Origin: Alphaproteobacteria bacterium
GTDB lineage: Bacteria; Pseudomonadota; Alphaproteobacteria; Micavibrionales; Micavibrionaceae
Assembly (NCBI GenBank): GCA_009929775.1
Contig: RZZS01000001.1
Coordinates: 31,297-95,296, forward strand
Direction of reading: 5' to 3'
DNA length: 64,000 nt
Made by a program: the position numbers and the translations under genes. How positions within the stretch are numbered: the first letter of the stretch is position 1; each line of letters begins with the position of its first letter. The notes beneath the pieces were generated by a model. That model worked only from the letters and a program-made list of their open reading frames with translations, ran no database searches and had not been told where the DNA came from. Positions 60,221 through 64,000 of this stretch are shown piece after piece.

Positions 60221-60930
60221 GTAGCGAAGCGAAATCAATTGCGATAATGCAGCCGACTTTTCTGCCATGGATCGGTTATTTCGCTCTCATGGAAATGGTT
60301 GACGAATTTGTTTTGTTGGACCATGTGCAGTTCGATCGGCGCAGTTGGCAGCAGCGTAACCGGATCAGAACAGTGAACGGGCCGATTTGGCTCACTGTTC
60401 CCGTTTCATCGAAAGGGCTCCGCGATCAGGCGATTAGGGACGTGCGGATCAATATGGACAATCCTGATTTCCCCACAAAGATGATTCGGACGATTGCACA
60501 GAATTATAAAAAGGCTCCATATTTCCATGACTTTTCGCCCCGCCTGTTTGAGGTTTTGGAAGACGGGCAACAGCTTCTGGCAAATCTAAATCTGGAGCTT
60601 ATCCGTTTTCTTGCCGGGGCTTTGGCTATCGATACGCCGCTTCTGAAATCTTCGGAAATGCAAGTGCTTGGCAGCAAGGCTGACGGTCTCGTAGATATTT
60701 GCCGCAAGCGCGGTGCTTCACGTTATATTTCGCCGCCCGGATCGAAGGATTATCTGGAGGAGACAGACGTTTTTCAACAGGCGGGCATCCCGGTTTCCTA
60801 TTTCGAGTACGAACATCCCTGTTACCGGCAGTGTTTTGATGATTTTGAACCTTACATGTCAGTGATCGATCTGCTGTTCAACGAAGGCGACAACGCACCC
60901 GCAGTCATGAGAAAGGGAGTGTCGGCATGA
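60217..60930 (+). CDS. WbqC-family protein
   Basis: IAIMQPTFLPWIGYFALMEMVDEFVLLDHVQFDRRSWQQRNRIR is the WbqC signature. ATGA overlap upstream. Confidence 0.75.
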   Translation: MSSEAKSIAIMQPTFLPWIGYFALMEMVDEFVLLDHVQFDRRSWQQRNRIRTVNGPIWLTVPVSSKGLRDQAIRDVRINMDNPDFPTKMIRTIAQNYKKAPYFHDFSPRLFEVLEDGQQLLANLNLELIRFLAGALAIDTPLLKSSEMQVLGSKADGLVDICRKRGASRYISPPGSKDYLEETDVFQQAGIPVSYFEYEHPCYRQCFDDFEPYMSVIDLLFNEGDNAPAVMRKGVSA

Positions 60931-61628
60931 GACGTTTATGCATAATTCCCGCGCGGGATGGCTCCAAACGTATCCCGCATAAAAACATCAAAGACTTTTG
61001 CGGCAAGCCGATGATCGTCCATGCCATCGGTGCGGCTCTGACAAGCGGTCTGTTTTCCAGAGTCCATGTTTCCACGGATAGCGAAACGATAGCCGACGTT
61101 TCCAGTGACGCTGGCGCGAAGGTTGATTTTATGCGGCCTGCAAACCTCTCGGGCGACCACACGACGATGATGGAAGTGGTTCGTTTCGTCACTGAAGAAT
61201 ACGAGAGGAGGAACGAGATTTTCGACACCGTCGTATTGATTTACGCTACTAGTCCGCTAATCGACCCGAAAGACCTGAAAGGGGCCTGCGCGGAATTCGA
61301 GGCGGGTGACAAAACGAAAGCGCTTCTTGCCGTCGCGCCGTTTCCCGCGCCCATCGAGCAGGCTTTTCGTATTCTGGACGACGGGGCGCTCGTGCCTGAT
61401 AGCGCGGAGTCGCTTGCCATGCGCACGCAGGACCTCAAGCCGGCTTATTACGATGCCGGAATGTTTGCGATCTATACGCCAGCCTATATAGCGGCCAGCT
61501 CGGGAGCGGGTGACTTTATGCGTTTTCGTGGATTTCCGGTGCCGTCGTACCGTGTGACCGACATTGACTGGCCGGATGACTGGGAACGCGCGGAAAAGCT
61601 CTATCGGGCGGTTTCAGGGGACAAGTAA
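60927..61628 (+). CDS. pseF: Pseudaminic acid cytidylyltransferase (CMP-nonulosonate synthetase)
   Basis: CIIPARDGSKRIPHKNIKDFCGKPMI and VSTDSETIADV. pse context. Confidence 0.85.
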   Translation: MRRLCIIPARDGSKRIPHKNIKDFCGKPMIVHAIGAALTSGLFSRVHVSTDSETIADVSSDAGAKVDFMRPANLSGDHTTMMEVVRFVTEEYERRNEIFDTVVLIYATSPLIDPKDLKGACAEFEAGDKTKALLAVAPFPAPIEQAFRILDDGALVPDSAESLAMRTQDLKPAYYDAGMFAIYTPAYIAASSGAGDFMRFRGFPVPSYRVTDIDWPDDWERAEKLYRAVSGDK

Positions 61629-62783
61629 CTCTGCGAGAAATCTCACGACCGTTCGAACGTCCCCATTTGGCAACCCCGGATAAAGCGGCAGGCTGAGCGT
61701 GTGTTCGTAGTAGGTGTCCGCGCCGGGAAGGCGGAGGTCCTTGTTCATTCGGGCGTAAAATGGCTGGCGGTGAACCGGGATGTAGTGGACTTGTGTACCT
61801 ATGCCGCGTTCGCGCAAGGCGTTCATCAGGTCTGCGCGGTTGATACCGGCGTGTTCGAAGTCAATTCTCGGGGCGTAAAGATGCCACGCCGGTTCGCAGT
61901 TTGGCGCGCGGGCGGGCGGCAGGACAAACGGTACGAGTGGTGTAAGCAATTCGTCGTAGAGCGCAACAAGCTTCCTTCGCTCCTCGACGAACCAGCCCAG
62001 CTTATCCAGTTGTGTCATGCCGAGCGCGCACTGGAAATCGGTGATGCGGTAATTGAAGCCGGGCTGTTCCATCTCGTAATACCACGGCCCGCCCTCTTCC
62101 TTGCGTTCCATGCCGTGAGAGCGCAGAGCGCGCATTCTTTCCGCCAGAGCCGGGTCGCGGGTCGTCGTCGCACCGCCTTCGCCTGTGGTAATGGTTTTGA
62201 CCGGGTGGAACGAAAAAGCGGCGATGTCTTCGTCGAAGCAGCTTCCGGCCTCGTGCCAGTTCTTGTCCGAGCCTTTGTATCTGGTGCCGAGCGCGTGGCA
62301 GCTATCTGAGATCACTGCGATATTCCGGGCGCGGGCGATTCTTGTTATGCCGGGCAGATCGCAACATTGACCGGCCAGATGGACAGGGAAAACTGCCCGG
62401 ACATTTTCGCCGTTTGTCCTGTCGAGCGCCTCTTCAAAGGTTTCCGGCGTCATCAGGCCGGTTTGCGGGTCGACATCGGCAAAGACGATTTTCGCGCCGC
62501 AATAATGCGGAGCATTGGCGGTCGCCAGAAAGGTGAGGGAGGGCACGATAACGGTATCGCCCGGCCCGAGGCCGATCGCCATGCAGGCCAGATGCAGCGC
62601 CGCCGTACCGGAATTGCAGGCGACCGCGTGCGGGGCGTTTACTCTTTCCGCGAAGGCGGTTTCGAACGCGTCGACACGGGGGCCGGTGGTCAGGAAGTCG
62701 CTATGAAGAGCTTCGCAAACCGCTTCGATATCATATTCGTCGATGAACTGTCGGCCATAGGACTTCACATCAGGCCTTCCCAA
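61614..62783 (-). CDS. pseC: UDP-4-amino-4,6-dideoxy-N-acetyl-beta-L-altrosamine transaminase (DegT family)
   Basis: SYGRQFIDEYDIEAVCEALHSDFLTTGPRV, NSGTAALHLA and SFHPVKTITTGEGG (PLP Lys). Confidence 0.88.
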   Translation of the reverse strand: MGRPDVKSYGRQFIDEYDIEAVCEALHSDFLTTGPRVDAFETAFAERVNAPHAVACNSGTAALHLACMAIGLGPGDTVIVPSLTFLATANAPHYCGAKIVFADVDPQTGLMTPETFEEALDRTNGENVRAVFPVHLAGQCCDLPGITRIARARNIAVISDSCHALGTRYKGSDKNWHEAGSCFDEDIAAFSFHPVKTITTGEGGATTTRDPALAERMRALRSHGMERKEEGGPWYYEMEQPGFNYRITDFQCALGMTQLDKLGWFVEERRKLVALYDELLTPLVPFVLPPARAPNCEPAWHLYAPRIDFEHAGINRADLMNALRERGIGTQVHYIPVHRQPFYARMNKDLRLPGADTYYEHTLSLPLYPGLPNGDVRTVVRFLAELLVP

Positions 62784-63783
62784 GCATGTCGATCAGCCCG
62801 GCTTCGTCGAGCCATTCGGGGTTCTGGTCGCTCGAGTAGGCGAAATCCTCCGGTACCGGGGTCGCGCCCGGAATGCCACCGTCCTTCCGGTTAAAGGCGA
62901 AGGCTGGCAGAATAATATACCGGTCCTCGATCTCTACCGTGTTGCGACCGTCGTCGACCGGGACCATGATTTCGTGCAGCTTTTCGCCGGGGCGGATGCC
63001 GATAATCCTGTGTTCCAGATCGGGAGCCATGGCTCTCGCCAGGTCGGTCATTTTCATGCTGGGAATTTTGGGGACGAATACTTCGCCGCCGCGCATCATC
63101 TCCAGCGAGGACAGCACAAAGTTAACGCCCTGCTCCAGCGTGATCCAGAAACGGGTCATGCGCCCGTCGGTGATCGGCAGGAAGGGAGAGCCTTCGTCGA
63201 TCAGTTTGCGGAAGAACGGGATGACCGAGCCGCGGGAGTTCATCACGTTTCCATACCGCACCACGGAAAAGCGCGTGCGGGCCTTGCCCGTGATGTTGTT
63301 CGCGGAAATAAAGATTTTGTCGGAGGCGAGCTTGCTCGCGCCGTAGAGATTGATCGGGTTGGCGGCCTTGTCGGTGGAGAGGGCGATAACCTTTTCGACA
63401 TTGTTGTCGATGGCGCCGCGCATGACGTTTTCCGCGCCGTCCACATTGGTGCGGATGCACTCCATCGGGTTGTATTCCGCCGTGGGGACCTGTTTGAGCG
63501 CGGCGGCGTGGACGACGATATCCACGTCGCGCATGGCGAATGTCAGGCGGTCGCGGTCGCGGACGTCGCCTATGAAATAGCGCATCGCCGGGTAATCCGT
63601 GTCGCGGAGGATTTGCGACATTTCATATTGTTTGAGCTCGTCGCGTGAATAGACGATGACGCGCCGGGGCTTGTGCTCTTTCAGGATCGTTTCGATAAAT
63701 TTCTTTCCGAACGATCCGGTTCCGCCAGTGACCAGAACCGATTTGCCGTCTATGCCGGGATCTTTCGCCTTGAATTCGCGCAT
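62770..63783 (-). CDS. pseB: UDP-N-acetylglucosamine 4,6-dehydratase (inverting)
   Basis: VLVTGGTGSFGKKF, YSRDELKQYEM, FIGDVRDRDRL, HAAALKQVPTAEYNPMECIRTNV and YGASKLASDK. Confidence 0.9.
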   Translation of the reverse strand: MREFKAKDPGIDGKSVLVTGGTGSFGKKFIETILKEHKPRRVIVYSRDELKQYEMSQILRDTDYPAMRYFIGDVRDRDRLTFAMRDVDIVVHAAALKQVPTAEYNPMECIRTNVDGAENVMRGAIDNNVEKVIALSTDKAANPINLYGASKLASDKIFISANNITGKARTRFSVVRYGNVMNSRGSVIPFFRKLIDEGSPFLPITDGRMTRFWITLEQGVNFVLSSLEMMRGGEVFVPKIPSMKMTDLARAMAPDLEHRIIGIRPGEKLHEIMVPVDDGRNTVEIEDRYIILPAFAFNRKDGGIPGATPVPEDFAYSSDQNPEWLDEAGLIDMLGKA

Positions 63784-63868
63784 GCCTGCTCTGTCTGGTT
63801 GTTTTTCTGATTAAGGTTCTTGCTAGCACCAACTTCCGCCGTCTGGCAAGAAAATGTAGGCGGGCTGC

Positions 63869-64000
63869 TCACTGCTTTTTATCGCGGTAATATTCCCTGA
63901 ACCACGTTACATACAGCGGAACCCCCATCCCGATCGGCGTCGTCGGTCTGTAACCGATGGTTTGCGTCGTTTCCTCGATATCGGCGCATGTTTCCCTGAC
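63869..64000 (-). CDS. C-terminal fragment of an NAD-dependent sugar epimerase/dehydratase (CDS continues beyond the window)
   Basis: The minus-strand frame reads ...DIEETTQTIGYRPTTPIGMGVPLYVTWFREYYRDKKQ*, typical of UDP-glucuronate/GlcNAc 4-epimerase C-termini. Stop at 63869..63871. Not in the ORF track (under 60 aa). Confidence 0.5.
   Translation of the reverse strand, partial: VRETCADIEETTQTIGYRPTTPIGMGVPLYVTWFREYYRDKKQ

Overview
Gene-dense 64-kb chromosomal window with about 58 credible CDS. I saw no rRNA, tRNA or CRISPR array. The host is a moderately GC-rich Gram-negative bacterium; the CspA, ZnuABC and NrdDG/NrdR-box sequences look alphaproteobacterial, but that is low confidence. Layout by region: (1) 0-9 kb holds an AlgI-like MBOAT (cut by the window edge), a 247-bp MITE with a target-site duplication, TerC, an AlgJ/AlgX-like O-acetylation protein with a phosphomannomutase/phosphoglucomutase, an NhaP-type antiporter, and a PAS histidine kinase with a CheY-like receiver. 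(2) 9-14.5 kb holds ABC-F Uup, cspA, znuA and divergent znuCB, and a DUF2934 protein. (3) 14.7-30.9 kb is one co-directional 8-gene alpha-glucan/trehalose operon: glgE, treS-maltokinase fusion, malQ, glgB, treZ, GH57/DUF3536, treY. (4) 30.9-37.5 kb holds two small secreted proteins, a GT2 and GT4 pair, a DUF1311 protein, and gmd-fcl for GDP-fucose. (5) 37.6-42.3 kb holds an orphan, apparently catalytically degenerate CheD-like gene, class III ribonucleotide reductase nrdDG with tandem NrdR boxes and an unusual heptamer-repeat hairpin over the nrdG start, and a CtlX-like amidinotransferase-fold protein. (6) 42.4-64 kb is a large surface-glycan island, visibly more AT-rich in places. It contains two GT4 genes, a WbpA/TviB-type dehydrogenase, an operon of ABC exporter / AsnB-like / P-loop / methyltransferase, and an 11-gene plus-strand block carrying pseG, pseI and pseF plus many tailoring genes (FemAB-like, methyltransferase, an orphan GT-B-like protein, aldo-keto reductase, class III aminotransferase, NeuD-like acetyltransferase, beta-propeller protein, WbqC). 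This block converges on pseB-pseC. The most interesting items are the pseudaminic-acid island with a non-canonical tailoring set and no PseH, the CheD-like pseudo-enzyme, the nrdG leader structure, the GH57 protein in the debrancher position of the trehalose/glucan operon, and the MITE. All family calls come from motif recognition by eye; no searches were run.
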